A stretch of 64,000 bases of DNA. Source: Ignisphaera sp. (GTDB taxonomy: Archaea; Thermoproteota; Thermoprotei_A; Sulfolobales; Ignisphaeraceae). Below the pieces are notes generated by a model. The model was not told the DNA's origin. It worked only from the letters and a program-made list of their open reading frames with translations, and searched no databases. This document shows positions 19,353 to 29,966 of the stretch, one piece after another (position 1 is the first letter of the stretch; every line of letters begins with the position of its first letter). Made by a program: the position numbers and the translations under genes. The stretch spans positions 140,930 through 204,929 of the forward strand of contig JAWAHS010000002.1 of assembly GCA_038889075.1 (NCBI GenBank), read 5' to 3'.

Positions 19353-20143
19353 TATCTTACCGATTTACCATCTACATCTATATATATATTGAGTAGATTT
19401 TCAAGTCCACTACTCTTGATCTTCGGCATGAGCACAGCTTCCAGTTGGAATAATCCAGCAGATTCACTCATATATACTATAATGTCTATGGGTCTTTTAA
19501 AATTCTGGCTTTTTTCAATATCAACTCTTTTTATGCTTAAAGCTGAAATGGCGTGCATATCCAATTTGCCTAATCTATATGGTATGCGCGCTCTTCCTTC
19601 AGCCATATCAAGGCCATCACTAATTTTTACAATACCACATTCTATTGATAAGCACTGGATATTGTAATCGGATGCATAGATATTGTGTAGTATTTCCTGT
19701 CGTATACTTATTGCTCTACGTCCATCAAATCCCAGTCTACTCAGTACCCTATCTATAATATCCTTTGCAATTACTACACCTAGCAATTCATGATTTACTC
19801 TGTGGATAGCGTTTCCAATATCGTGTAAATAGGAGGAAATAAGTACGATTATCTTTACTTCATCAATGTTTTTAGCCGTTCCATCCCTTATATACGTCAT
19901 CTCGATACCGATGCCGTAAAGAATATCAATGAGTTCCAGCGATGTGCCTGCTACAATTCTGGCGTGTATAATACCATGGTCATTATATTTGAGCCTAGAA
20001 ACAGCCATGATATTGCTCATCCTTAGTAACTCGATAATCTCAGAGTCATCCTCAAGTATCTGATGGACTTTCTTAATAATAGGAAAGGTATTTGAATGTT
20101 TGTATATTAGATCTGGGGAAACGGTAACCATGATTTCAACCAT
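19337..20143 (-). CDS. HD-domain metal-dependent phosphohydrolase
   Basis: YNDHGIIH, YLHDIGNAIHR, SDGLDMAEGRARIPY. Confidence 0.88.
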   Translation of the reverse strand: MVEIMVTVSPDLIYKHSNTFPIIKKVHQILEDDSEIIELLRMSNIMAVSRLKYNDHGIIHARIVAGTSLELIDILYGIGIEMTYIRDGTAKNIDEVKIIVLISSYLHDIGNAIHRVNHELLGVVIAKDIIDRVLSRLGFDGRRAISIRQEILHNIYASDYNIQCLSIECGIVKISDGLDMAEGRARIPYRLGKLDMHAISALSIKRVDIEKSQNFKRPIDIIVYMSESAGLFQLEAVLMPKIKSSGLENLLNIYIDVDGKSVRYYPKE

Positions 20144-20435
20144 TTATATAGAATACATAGTTTGTGCAGCTTTTTAACCTATGATTTAAAAATGGTGAAA
20201 GCAATTGTAGATAACAAGGACGGTCTTCCTATGAGTTTGTAATCAGTATTTGTATTACGGTAAATGCAAGCTCTATGCTACTAGATTTAACAGCTGCCTA
20301 TAATTGACATTAACATCATGTGGGCGGTGAACTATGTGGAAATACTTAGATACAATCACCAAAGATACAGCTACCAAATGGCCAGATATCAGAAATGAAA
20401 ATCTAGGGGTAGATGGTAGAAATTTTCAACTTCAA

Positions 20436-20972
20436 TTACATGTATAACTTATCGGGTTTGCGCAGGTGTTCCGACAATACCTTATTTAGTAGTTCAATAC
20501 ATTTTCGAACCTCACCTTTTACGGCATCCATGGTACCACTAAATAGAAATGTTGATGGAGATAGAATTATATCTGGGTTCGTTGCCCTTATACATCTGGC
20601 TATGTATACGTTTTTGTTTGATGTTTTTTGTATAGCTATATGGTAGTCCTTATTATTTACTATTGCTACAATTCTGTATGGATAGAGCATAGGCATTTTT
20701 TTCGCATTCGATGAACTGATCAATTCATTCAATCTATCGCTGGAAACTCTAAGATAAACCTTTAGATCTACTGTTAAAAAAATTTTCCCAAAATCCTCTA
20801 AACACGTAAATACTCTATCCAGATCTTCAGCCTCAAAATAAATATAGTTATCAATACTGCTAGCTCTTAAATTCTTAGCTCCACAAATAGATAGTCGTTT
20901 TACTGTTTTAGTGAATTCATAATGATCCCTAGTGGCTATTCTAATTGAAGCACGCATAATCATACAAACCAT
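20436..20972 (-). CDS. Hypothetical protein
   Basis: 178-aa ORF directly abutting the valS stop, so probably co-transcribed. Confidence 0.65.
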   Translation of the reverse strand: MVCMIMRASIRIATRDHYEFTKTVKRLSICGAKNLRASSIDNYIYFEAEDLDRVFTCLEDFGKIFLTVDLKVYLRVSSDRLNELISSSNAKKMPMLYPYRIVAIVNNKDYHIAIQKTSNKNVYIARCIRATNPDIILSPSTFLFSGTMDAVKGEVRKCIELLNKVLSEHLRKPDKLYM

Positions 20973-23432
20973 CTACGACGAGAAAGGCACTAAAAAGAGA
21001 TTATCGCCTAGATCGATATAGTTTTGAACGCTGGGTTTGCCAATTTGCACCTCCTTGATCCTATGGAGGTACTTGATATCCCGAGCAAATATTGCAATCT
21101 CTTCAGGTATGTAAAGTATCGCTTCTAATTGTTGAGTAAGCTTAATGTTGTTGTCTTTCTTATATTTCCATATCAAGCTGTTTACTCTATATAGATATGG
21201 AAGTCTATGTTTTAAATCGGTCTTGGGTATTTCAATAGCTTTAGGCAAAGTTTCAAAGTGGATCGACTTTTCACTATATATCTTTCTCCATATATAGTCG
21301 GTAATAAACGGTAAGATAGGTGCTAGGAGAAGTAGTGCATTTTTTAGTAATGTGTGTAGTGTAAACCACGCACTCTTTTGCTCATTTTCATTAAATGTAG
21401 CCTCCAGATTGTATATCCGCGGTTTAACCATCTCAATATAATTGTCAGCTATCTCATCCCATATAAAATGGTACAGCGTGTGGATAGGTTTGTAGAAGTC
21501 CATCTCCTCGTAGCTCTTTCTAACATCTTCTATAATTTCATTCATTCTATTCAAAATCGCAAGATCGAGTGGGTATAGCTCGCTGACCTCTTCAATATAT
21601 GGTATAGCTGAAATGAAACGGGCTATGTTTAGGAGCTTTGTAACAAATAAGGCCCCTGTCCTTAGAAGCTGTTCAGAGAATCTATAATCGCTACCAAGTT
21701 TAGCAGCAGCTGCGGACCAAAATCTAAAGGTGTCTGCACCATATTTTTCTATATACGGTTCCGGATAAACAACATTTCCTTTACTTTTATGCATTGCCTC
21801 ACCTTTTTCATCTAAACCCATGCCATTTATTCTAATATAGTCAAAGGCGCATTTCCCAAGTAGCTGGTATATTCTTAGTAATGAATAGTAAAGCCATGTC
21901 CTAATGATTTCGTACCCTTGAGGTCTTAGAGTCTTGGCTCTATTACTAATGTAGAGTTCGAATATGTGCGGATATTTTGATATACCTGCAGCATATAAGA
22001 CAGAGATTGAGGAGTCGAACCATGTGTCGAATACCTTTGTCTCTCCAACTAGGTATTCTTTTGGAGCTCCACAGTTTGGGCAGGAGTCCCATGGAGGAGG
22101 CTCCTTCCACGGTCTATAGTACCTCTTTGCTTCAGGTACTAAAATGGAGCCACACGATTTACATCTCCATATAGGAATCTCAGTTGCATAATATCTTGTC
22201 TTAGATATAGGCCAGTCCATAGTTATAGAATCTATCCAATCTAAAAGCTTCTTTCTATGCTCCTCTGGTATAAATTTAGAGTTCTTAGTGACTTCCTTAA
22301 GAAGGTCTTTGTATTCGAGTTGCCTTAGAAAGAATTCTTGAGTATGTATGAATTCTATCGGTGTGCCACAGCGCCAACATACAGGTACATTTCTCTCAAT
22401 TCTATCAATTTTCACAAGTAAACCTCTATTCTTCAAAAGCTCAATAATATGTTTTCTCGCTTCACTAATCTTAAGATTTGCCAGAATATTTGCACCATCA
22501 TCTATGGTACCATCCATCTTTACTATTAACCTAGGCTTAAGACCTAATTCCCTAATGATCCGAACATCGGTTTGATCGCCATAGCTACAAATCATCATTA
22601 AGCCGGTACCAAATGTGGGGTCAACTGATTTATGTTCTACAATATCAACACTATAGCTATAGAGTGGAACGACGATTTTTTTACCCTTTAAACGCTCATA
22701 TCTCGCATCATTAGGATTGTATGCGACAGCTATGCATGCACCGAGAAGTTCAGGTCTTGTAGTAGCTATCGTGAGAATCTCTCCATCAGATGATTGGAAG
22801 TTTATGTAGTAGAGCTCAGCATTTTCATTTCTGTATTCAACTTCAGCTTCGGCTAACGACGTTTTACACCGGGGGCACCATATAACCGGTCTCTCCGCTT
22901 CATATATATACCCCCTTTTCCACATTTCTATAAAGGTACTTTGTGTGATTTTCCTATATTCTTCGCTATCCGTACCTTCACGCCAATATTCAAAGATACA
23001 GCCAAGCTTCCTCCATATGTTAATAAACTCCTTTTCAGTTTCATCGAGGTGGCTCTTACATAGTGTAAGAAATTTCTCTCTTCCTTCGATAGTTTTCGCA
23101 ACTTCATGGGGATTTATTCCATACGTTCTCTCCACAAAAACTTCAACTGGCAATCCATTTCTATCTGCATAGAACGGTATTAGCACATTGTAGCCTAGCA
23201 TTTTATATGCACGAGCAACCATATCTATTTGAACATAGTGAGCGGCTTGACCAACATGAGGTTTACCAGATATGTATGGAGGTGGGGTATCAATTATAAG
23301 CGTAGGATTTGCAGCATTGTAGCTAAATTTAAATAGACCCTCATTTTCCCATAACTTTACTAGTAATTCTTCATATTCATGCCTCCACCTAGTATCCTCA
23401 ATCTTTGGTTTGAATTTTTGGCTCAGCATCAT
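20973..23432 (-). CDS. valS: Valine--tRNA ligase
   Basis: IDTPPPY.SG.PHVGQ (HIGH), WCPRC.TSLAEAEV, ATTRPE, GTG..MIC.YGD, DTWFDSS, AMHKSKGN (KMSKS). Confidence 0.95.
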   Translation of the reverse strand: MMLSQKFKPKIEDTRWRHEYEELLVKLWENEGLFKFSYNAANPTLIIDTPPPYISGKPHVGQAAHYVQIDMVARAYKMLGYNVLIPFYADRNGLPVEVFVERTYGINPHEVAKTIEGREKFLTLCKSHLDETEKEFINIWRKLGCIFEYWREGTDSEEYRKITQSTFIEMWKRGYIYEAERPVIWCPRCKTSLAEAEVEYRNENAELYYINFQSSDGEILTIATTRPELLGACIAVAYNPNDARYERLKGKKIVVPLYSYSVDIVEHKSVDPTFGTGLMMICSYGDQTDVRIIRELGLKPRLIVKMDGTIDDGANILANLKISEARKHIIELLKNRGLLVKIDRIERNVPVCWRCGTPIEFIHTQEFFLRQLEYKDLLKEVTKNSKFIPEEHRKKLLDWIDSITMDWPISKTRYYATEIPIWRCKSCGSILVPEAKRYYRPWKEPPPWDSCPNCGAPKEYLVGETKVFDTWFDSSISVLYAAGISKYPHIFELYISNRAKTLRPQGYEIIRTWLYYSLLRIYQLLGKCAFDYIRINGMGLDEKGEAMHKSKGNVVYPEPYIEKYGADTFRFWSAAAAKLGSDYRFSEQLLRTGALFVTKLLNIARFISAIPYIEEVSELYPLDLAILNRMNEIIEDVRKSYEEMDFYKPIHTLYHFIWDEIADNYIEMVKPRIYNLEATFNENEQKSAWFTLHTLLKNALLLLAPILPFITDYIWRKIYSEKSIHFETLPKAIEIPKTDLKHRLPYLYRVNSLIWKYKKDNNIKLTQQLEAILYIPEEIAIFARDIKYLHRIKEVQIGKPSVQNYIDLGDNLFLVPFSS

Positions 23433-23673
23433 GTTTCACTCAAACCATTTTAAACTAAGGTTCTAAGACTAAAAGATACAGCTTATCAAATTATAAGCTA
23501 TACTACACCTCTTGCAACCGAAAATTACCTTCCATGATAGAAGGGTTAACGATGTTATATAACATCACTTGGGTGGGCTAAGATCGATTAACTAATTAAA
23601 GAGATCCTCATTTAAGAATACAATGTTATAGGGCTCTTAGTTGGAGAGTTATTAAGATTTTTATGCCTAGTTT

Positions 23674-24975
23674 TTGGAGGATATCTATCTGAGGTGTAAT
23701 TTCATGCTTCATTTTATCTGGGGAGTTTCTACAACCATAATAATGTTTTCATTTATCTATGGTATACCTTCTCTATACAGTATTCTACGAGATCTTAAAA
23801 GGGTTGTATGGATAAATATTAACTCATCTAGAAATAGTGGGAACCTCTATGATTTACCAATGATATTAATAATCCTACCCTTCTATAAGGAGGATAGAAA
23901 TTCTATTGAGGAAACGTTTACCAGTATTGTGAGGCAGAAGTATCCTCATGAAAAAATTTATGTATTGCTAGTTCTAGAAAGAGATGATGAGCAGACGTAT
24001 AGGCATGTTTTAGAACTTTCAAGTATTTTGTCAAGTGCTGGAATAGATTTCAAACTAGTTTCAAATTCTTCTGAGAGAAGGGGTAAAGCCTATGCAATTA
24101 ATAGAGCAATAGAGTTATTTAAGGAGATGGCAGATATAATTGTTGTATTTGATGCAGGGGATAGAATAGTAGATGACATGTACTTGTATAAAGTTTCCTA
24201 TCTAATATCAAATCATGGATACAGTGTTGTTGGGACTAAAGTCTACAGAGTGAGCAGCAATATTATCGGAAGGCTCTCGTACATCGATACACTTCTGTGG
24301 TACAATGTTGGTCTACCAGGACTTGTAAAAATTACGAAAATTCCTTTAGTTAGTGGTGAAGGTCTGGCATTTTCTAAGAAGTTTTTAGAGGAAATCGGGG
24401 GTCTACCAGAGGTGTTAGCCGAAGATGCTTACCTTACAATACTAGCTGTCTCGATCAATAAACCTATAGCACTTCTGGATAGCGTTATATTTGAGGGGGC
24501 ACCATCGACTATAACTAGCTATGTAAAACAGAGGATGAGGTGGTACAGAGGCACGCTACAATGTTTTAAGGATGTCATTACTAAACATAGGCATCGAGTT
24601 AGGAGAAGGATGCTAATAACGCTTGCTATAGCTTATCTTCAGCCTATAGCGCTGATAGCACCATTTGTATCAACAGTAATTATAATAATGTCTGTATTCA
24701 TAAATGTGCCATATATTACACTACTCGTAGCAAAAATAGAGCTCGTAACAATAGTCTTAGCTCCACTATATGTACTAGTGAACATGAGGTATTTCGATCC
24801 TGTAGCGTTTTTAGAACCATTCAATTGGATGTTACAGGGTATAGTGGCTCTCATTGCATTGATGCCGATAAGAATTCCGTGGTTCAGAACTTCATCCAGG
24901 GCCGGTATAAATATTAGTGATATGTATGTAAAGGTACGGAGAAATACTGTTGTAGATAGAGATTCACAAATTTAA
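23674..24975 (+). CDS. GT2 processive glycosyltransferase (cellulose-synthase-like)
   Basis: PFYKE, GKAYAIN, FDAGD, LAEDA, QRMRW, with N- and C-terminal TM helices. Confidence 0.85.
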   Translation: MEDIYLRCNFMLHFIWGVSTTIIMFSFIYGIPSLYSILRDLKRVVWININSSRNSGNLYDLPMILIILPFYKEDRNSIEETFTSIVRQKYPHEKIYVLLVLERDDEQTYRHVLELSSILSSAGIDFKLVSNSSERRGKAYAINRAIELFKEMADIIVVFDAGDRIVDDMYLYKVSYLISNHGYSVVGTKVYRVSSNIIGRLSYIDTLLWYNVGLPGLVKITKIPLVSGEGLAFSKKFLEEIGGLPEVLAEDAYLTILAVSINKPIALLDSVIFEGAPSTITSYVKQRMRWYRGTLQCFKDVITKHRHRVRRRMLITLAIAYLQPIALIAPFVSTVIIIMSVFINVPYITLLVAKIELVTIVLAPLYVLVNMRYFDPVAFLEPFNWMLQGIVALIALMPIRIPWFRTSSRAGINISDMYVKVRRNTVVDRDSQI

Positions 24976-25177
24976 TCTAGTTAAATGTAGTTGAACAATT
25001 TTGAATTGCGTGGCTGGTATAGAATATTTGATTGAATTGAATAGTTCTGTTCTTTAAATATCTTAATTAATAGTGTGCTGGACAATCGAGGCCTATTCCT
25101 ATATGTCAAAACCGCTTCTTAGCTAAGTAAAGGTTAAATATCCCTATCCTTGCTATCATTAATGCTGGTGTATAAAA

Positions 25178-25408
25178 ATGGCTAAGGTACGTGTAGATAA
25201 AGATACCTGTATAGCCTGTGGGGTGTGCTGGGCTTTAGCACCAGACGTATTCGAACTGGACCCAGCTACTGGTAAAACAAGAATAAGGGAGCCGTACGTA
25301 AAGAGCGATGGCGAGAAGGAGAGCATTGGTGAAATACCTGATACTCTTGTAGAAACGGTAAAGAATGCAGCATCGTCATGTCCTACAGGTTCGATTGTTG
25401 TCGAATAG
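25178..25408 (+). CDS. Monocluster ferredoxin
   Basis: VRVDKDTCIACGVC..LAPDVF ... AASSCPTGSI. Confidence 0.92.
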   Translation: MAKVRVDKDTCIACGVCWALAPDVFELDPATGKTRIREPYVKSDGEKESIGEIPDTLVETVKNAASSCPTGSIVVE

Positions 25409-25480
25409 ACCAGGTATATCGTAATGTAGTTATTTTTTATACTGCTTTTATATAGCAACACATATTGTAAGACAACAATA

Positions 25481-26794
25481 CTAGCATACATATACTTTCG
25501 AAATCCTTGAAATACTTCTTAGACCATAGATGAGGCCACCATTTCTCAATTCAATAATAAGTTTTGCAATCTTCTCCTGTTCACACCACTCGCCATATGC
25601 CTTACCTAAACCTATGAGTTTTGCAATTGTTTTCCTCATTTTTTCATCGAGGAATTTAGTATTTAGGTCAGAATATGGTGTACCAGGTAATGGGATAAAG
25701 GTGTGTATATGGAATCTCACATTAAATTTGCCAATTTCTTGGATAAATTTTATGGTATCCGTGAGATCGTCTTCTTCTTCAAATGGAAAGCCGAATATTA
25801 AATCTACATCTACTGCGAATCCATATCTATTCAGTATCTCCACAGCAACTACGACATCCTCAACACTATGTTTTCTATGGATTATTTTGAGTATTCTATT
25901 TGAACCACTCTGTGCACCTACAATAACTCTGCTGTTATTAACATACCTTTTCATCTCTCTAATTATATCATCTGATACAGAATCGGGTCTTAATTCACTT
26001 GGGAAAGTTCCAAAGAAAATTCTTCCACCGTATTCCCTAATGCTTCGATGAAGCTTTTGTAGTAAAAGAAGCACTGCATTAAAATCTGGTTTTATACCAT
26101 CTGGACTTCCATAGCCTAGCGAATTCGGTGCTATGAATCTAATATCTTTCAATCCCCTAGATACCATTAGTTTAGAGTATTCAGCTACGTTATCAACATC
26201 TCTATACCGTGGTCTACCAAAAACATAGGTAACTTGGCAGAAGTAACATGCAGATGAACACCCCCTCATAATTTCTATGGGATTAAACCGATTTCTCCAA
26301 TATGGAAAAGGAGCATAGAGATTCAAATCCACATACCTACTTCTCCTCCTTATAACAAGTCTATCATCTTCGATAAAGGCTGTTCCACAGACCCTAAAGT
26401 CATTATTGCATGATATAGCATTGAGAAGTTCGGCCAAGGTCTCCTCTCCCTCACCAAATACTACTACATCAAATCCAAGCTTAGTTAATGTGCCGAGAGG
26501 ATCCCCTGAAGCATGAGGACCTCCAGCTACAAAGATAGCATTATCTAAATAACTTCTTAGCAACCCTACAGCATTTTTGATTATGGGTAGCTGAGGAGTC
26601 ATAAATGTAAAACCTATGACTATCTTTTTACATTTTCTACTAATATCAATTATATTATTGATAGGTAAACCGTGCGAATCCAGTTGAAATAAATAGAAGG
26701 CATAGTTATTTACAATAGGTTCGACTCCTGCCAGCAGGATATTTGCACTATATTTACTATCTTTACTAAAGATCAGTATGAAGCAATCCCTCAT
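25481..26794 (-). CDS. B12-binding domain / radical SAM protein (MJ1487-like)
   Basis: VAGGPHASG, GEGEET, EIMRGCSSACYFCQ, GAQSGS, PLPGTP. Confidence 0.88.
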   Translation of the reverse strand: MRDCFILIFSKDSKYSANILLAGVEPIVNNYAFYLFQLDSHGLPINNIIDISRKCKKIVIGFTFMTPQLPIIKNAVGLLRSYLDNAIFVAGGPHASGDPLGTLTKLGFDVVVFGEGEETLAELLNAISCNNDFRVCGTAFIEDDRLVIRRRSRYVDLNLYAPFPYWRNRFNPIEIMRGCSSACYFCQVTYVFGRPRYRDVDNVAEYSKLMVSRGLKDIRFIAPNSLGYGSPDGIKPDFNAVLLLLQKLHRSIREYGGRIFFGTFPSELRPDSVSDDIIREMKRYVNNSRVIVGAQSGSNRILKIIHRKHSVEDVVVAVEILNRYGFAVDVDLIFGFPFEEEDDLTDTIKFIQEIGKFNVRFHIHTFIPLPGTPYSDLNTKFLDEKMRKTIAKLIGLGKAYGEWCEQEKIAKLIIELRNGGLIYGLRSISRISKVYVC

Positions 26795-26898
26795 CTTTAT
26801 ACTAACCCGATTCCAAGTTTTTTAATTTAGACTTAACAGTACTTATGAGGGTTTGATATATATATACTTTGTAAAACAGCGTAGTACAGGGGGAGCCA

Positions 26899-27852
26899 AT
26901 GTTATACGATAGATTCAATAGAGCACTAAGGAATTTAAGAATCAGTGTAACATATGATTGCAACTTCAACTGCATCTACTGTCATAAGGAGGGATGGGGT
27001 TACAGAGATGATGATATCCTCACAGCTGAGGAGATCGGAATTATAGCATCTGTTGCAAAATCTTTAAATATAGACGAATTTAAACTAACAGGTGGTGAGC
27101 CTCTTCTTAGGAAAGATATAGTTAAAATAGTTGAAATTCTTAGAAAGCTTAATCCTAGAGATATTTCAATGACTACAAATGGGTTTCTTCTCGATAGACT
27201 AGCAAGACCTCTCTGCGAAGCGGGTCTTATGAGACTTAATATCAATTTACCTACGCTTAATAGAGAAAAGTATAGAATGATTACCGGTGTAGACGGCTTA
27301 GAAAATATATTAAAGGGGATAGAGGTTGCACACGAATACCGACTACCTATAGCATTAAATGTCGTTCTCCTTAGAGATATTAATGACAATGAATATAGAG
27401 AATTCATAGAGTTTGCACAGCGTTATGAAGCTAAGGTAAGATTTATCGAATTGGAGCCCATTATGATTGATGCTGAGGTATTTAGGAAGCTGTACATCTC
27501 AGCTAGTAAAGTCATCGATTATCTAGAGGGGATAAGTATATCCAAAACCTATAGAGAACTTAACCATAGACCTGTGTATACCCTTAGCAATGGTGTTAAG
27601 GTCGAGGTTATTAAGTGGCTTGGAAATAGGTATTTCTGTTCATACTGTAATAGAATAAGGCTATCTCCTAATGGAGTTCTGAAACCGTGTGTAATGATTG
27701 AATATGGAGTCGATTTAAAACAGTTTCTAAGACCCACAGTAGATCTTGATGGATTAAGAAAAGCATTTGCTGAGGTAAATCAGATGAGAATACCATATAA
27801 TATGGTGCTCCATAATAGAACTTTCATTACAAAATCTATGCAAAACTCTTAA
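26899..27852 (+). CDS. moaA: GTP 3',8-cyclase
   Basis: DRFNR...LRISVT..CNFNCIYCH, TGGEPLLR, FCSYCNRIRL..G.LKPC. Confidence 0.92.
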   Translation: MLYDRFNRALRNLRISVTYDCNFNCIYCHKEGWGYRDDDILTAEEIGIIASVAKSLNIDEFKLTGGEPLLRKDIVKIVEILRKLNPRDISMTTNGFLLDRLARPLCEAGLMRLNINLPTLNREKYRMITGVDGLENILKGIEVAHEYRLPIALNVVLLRDINDNEYREFIEFAQRYEAKVRFIELEPIMIDAEVFRKLYISASKVIDYLEGISISKTYRELNHRPVYTLSNGVKVEVIKWLGNRYFCSYCNRIRLSPNGVLKPCVMIEYGVDLKQFLRPTVDLDGLRKAFAEVNQMRIPYNMVLHNRTFITKSMQNS

Positions 27853-27897
27853 GTCAGCTAGATCTAGTAGAAGCTTTACCTTATAGGGTTAAAATCT

Positions 27898-29163
27898 ATG
27901 GTTATGGTGTATTTTGATCAAGTAAGATACCTTGAAGATACTCTAGAGATAGCATATAGGGATGGTTCTCTAGAGACCAATAGGCTAACTGCTTCAGTAC
28001 ATGGCTATAGATTTAATAGAGATGGATGCTGGTTTATTACATCAATTCAAAATAGCAGTCCAACGGATCTTAATATCATTAAGGCAAAGGCGATGAGATA
28101 TTTAACTGATAGAAGTTGCGGAGGTTTTGCTGAGGCAGCTCTCTTTAAAGGATACATTGAAGTAGGGAGAGAATTGCCTCAAGAAGATGAGATAGTCGAA
28201 CTAATTAAAAATCTATGTGATGAAGCGAAAGCATTGAATAGTATAAGATGTGAGATAATAGTTGATATGAAATCTATGGAAAGAGAAATCGTGAGAGAGA
28301 ATGGCGAGATAGCTCGTGAGGTTAGAAAGGTAGTTGAAATTGAAGTTGGTCTTATGAAATTATATGAGGCCTCCTCACAAATTTTTGCAACAAACTATAC
28401 AGCCATAATTCCATGGACAAAGGAGCACGTCACGAAAACCATAGATATGTTATTTCGGGAAACTATAAATAAATTCAATACGTATTCAAAGGCACGTTCA
28501 TTAAAACCGTATCAGTATGGTAGGGCTAATGTTATACTAGGTTTTGAAGCGGCTGCTGCATTAATACATGAAGTATCTCATCTACTTGAGGCAGATTACC
28601 AGCATAGCCAGAGGTTGGTAGGTAGCATAATTGCATCGAAAGATTTTAATGTATATGATAGTCCGCACGACTATGACTCACCGACAATAAGGTTCTTTGA
28701 TGATGAATCTGTTTCGACTAAGAAAAGAACGTTGGTTGAGGATGGTATTGTAAGGGATTTGCACCATACTAGAAACACTGCTGCGGTACATGGATCAGAA
28801 CCTGGCTCAGCCTACGGATTATTTCAAAGACCAATACCATTTCATACTACATTGGTTCTCAGATCAGGAGATTGGAAAGAGATGGAAATGGTAAGTGAGA
28901 CGAGGGAAGGTTTCTACATTGGGGGAATAGCCATGGCAACTTTAGAGAGAGGTTATATAAGAATGGTACCCGATAATAGCTTTATTATTGAAAATGGTGA
29001 ATTCTCTGAGGCCGTGAAGATTCGTGAGGTTAAGGTACCATTAGCAAGTCTGAAAACAATAAGTGCAATATCTAGAACACCTCGGACCAGAGTATCGAGG
29101 GAGAGGGGATGGATCATAGCTGAGAAGGCACCATATGTAAAACTGGAAGTATTTGTTATGTAG
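27898..29163 (+). CDS. TldD/PmbA family protein
   Basis: LIHEVSHLLEAD, FFDDESV.TKK..LVEDG, IENGE. Confidence 0.75.
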   Translation: MVMVYFDQVRYLEDTLEIAYRDGSLETNRLTASVHGYRFNRDGCWFITSIQNSSPTDLNIIKAKAMRYLTDRSCGGFAEAALFKGYIEVGRELPQEDEIVELIKNLCDEAKALNSIRCEIIVDMKSMEREIVRENGEIAREVRKVVEIEVGLMKLYEASSQIFATNYTAIIPWTKEHVTKTIDMLFRETINKFNTYSKARSLKPYQYGRANVILGFEAAAALIHEVSHLLEADYQHSQRLVGSIIASKDFNVYDSPHDYDSPTIRFFDDESVSTKKRTLVEDGIVRDLHHTRNTAAVHGSEPGSAYGLFQRPIPFHTTLVLRSGDWKEMEMVSETREGFYIGGIAMATLERGYIRMVPDNSFIIENGEFSEAVKIREVKVPLASLKTISAISRTPRTRVSRERGWIIAEKAPYVKLEVFVM

Positions 29164-29761
29164 TACATAAATCCATAGCAATCTTTCTTACATATAATGC
29201 TAGCACTAGGGAATCTAGTAATATTATGCCTAAGATTCGATTCATGAAGTGGCAACTATATTTAATTCTTATGGTATGACTATCAATAGGAATGTATAGC
29301 CTTACTTCATTTATATATTCTCCCGAACTCTTTGGATGGATATTTCTAAAGGATTCTATATACTCAATAACTCTATCTACTAATTCCCCTGCACTAGAAT
29401 ATTTCAAAATACCTTTAGCTGTTACTACGATAAAGCTATTTTCCCTATAGATGAGGGTAAGTATGGTAGATATGCTATTATCGAATTTCAATTTTATATT
29501 ACAGAACGTTTTACTGACATATTTCTTCAACTCGTTGAGGTAATTATATAGCACACAATAGAGCAGGTCTGCCTCATAGAATTCAAAAACAATAAAGTTG
29601 TTATTAATATGTCTATATAGAGAACCTAGGCTACAGTCAATACCACTATAGTCACCACGTAGAATAGTTTCACTGGGAACAAAAGCATAGCAGAGATTTC
29701 CATACGTATAGAATCTTTCAGCAATCTTCATTGTCTTCTTTAGTGACATCTTTGTCATCAC
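29156..29761 (-). CDS. Hypothetical protein
   Basis: 201-aa ORF filling the gap, with no recognised motif. Confidence 0.5.
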   Translation of the reverse strand: MMTKMSLKKTMKIAERFYTYGNLCYAFVPSETILRGDYSGIDCSLGSLYRHINNNFIVFEFYEADLLYCVLYNYLNELKKYVSKTFCNIKLKFDNSISTILTLIYRENSFIVVTAKGILKYSSAGELVDRVIEYIESFRNIHPKSSGEYINEVRLYIPIDSHTIRIKYSCHFMNRILGIILLDSLVLALYVRKIAMDLCTT

Positions 29762-29966
29762 GTTTTAAAGTCTATGTACGGTCTCTGCTTTAAGATCTTT
29801 AAAGTAAAGAGACTGGGCAAAGCAGGAGGAGATCTCAAGTAGAGGTTTGCCCTAGGTAACGGGAGCTAGTGGTACGGTATGTGATGGGCAAATAGCAAAG
29901 GATTTTTATATGCCGATAAAATCCTATGGAACTCAACTATACTCACACTACTAGCTATGCATGGAT

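Noticed and set aside
20973-23432. Variant HVGQ and MHKS motifs in ValRS
   Set aside because: Within the variation expected for crenarchaeal ValRS.
26899-27852. MoaA lacks the C-terminal GG motif
   Set aside because: This is common in archaeal MoaA; both Cys clusters are intact.
29715-29761. Minus-strand GTGATGA..CTAA..ATGAAGA..CTGA
   Set aside because: The second guide is only about 3 nt and the motif lies at the start of a probable CDS.
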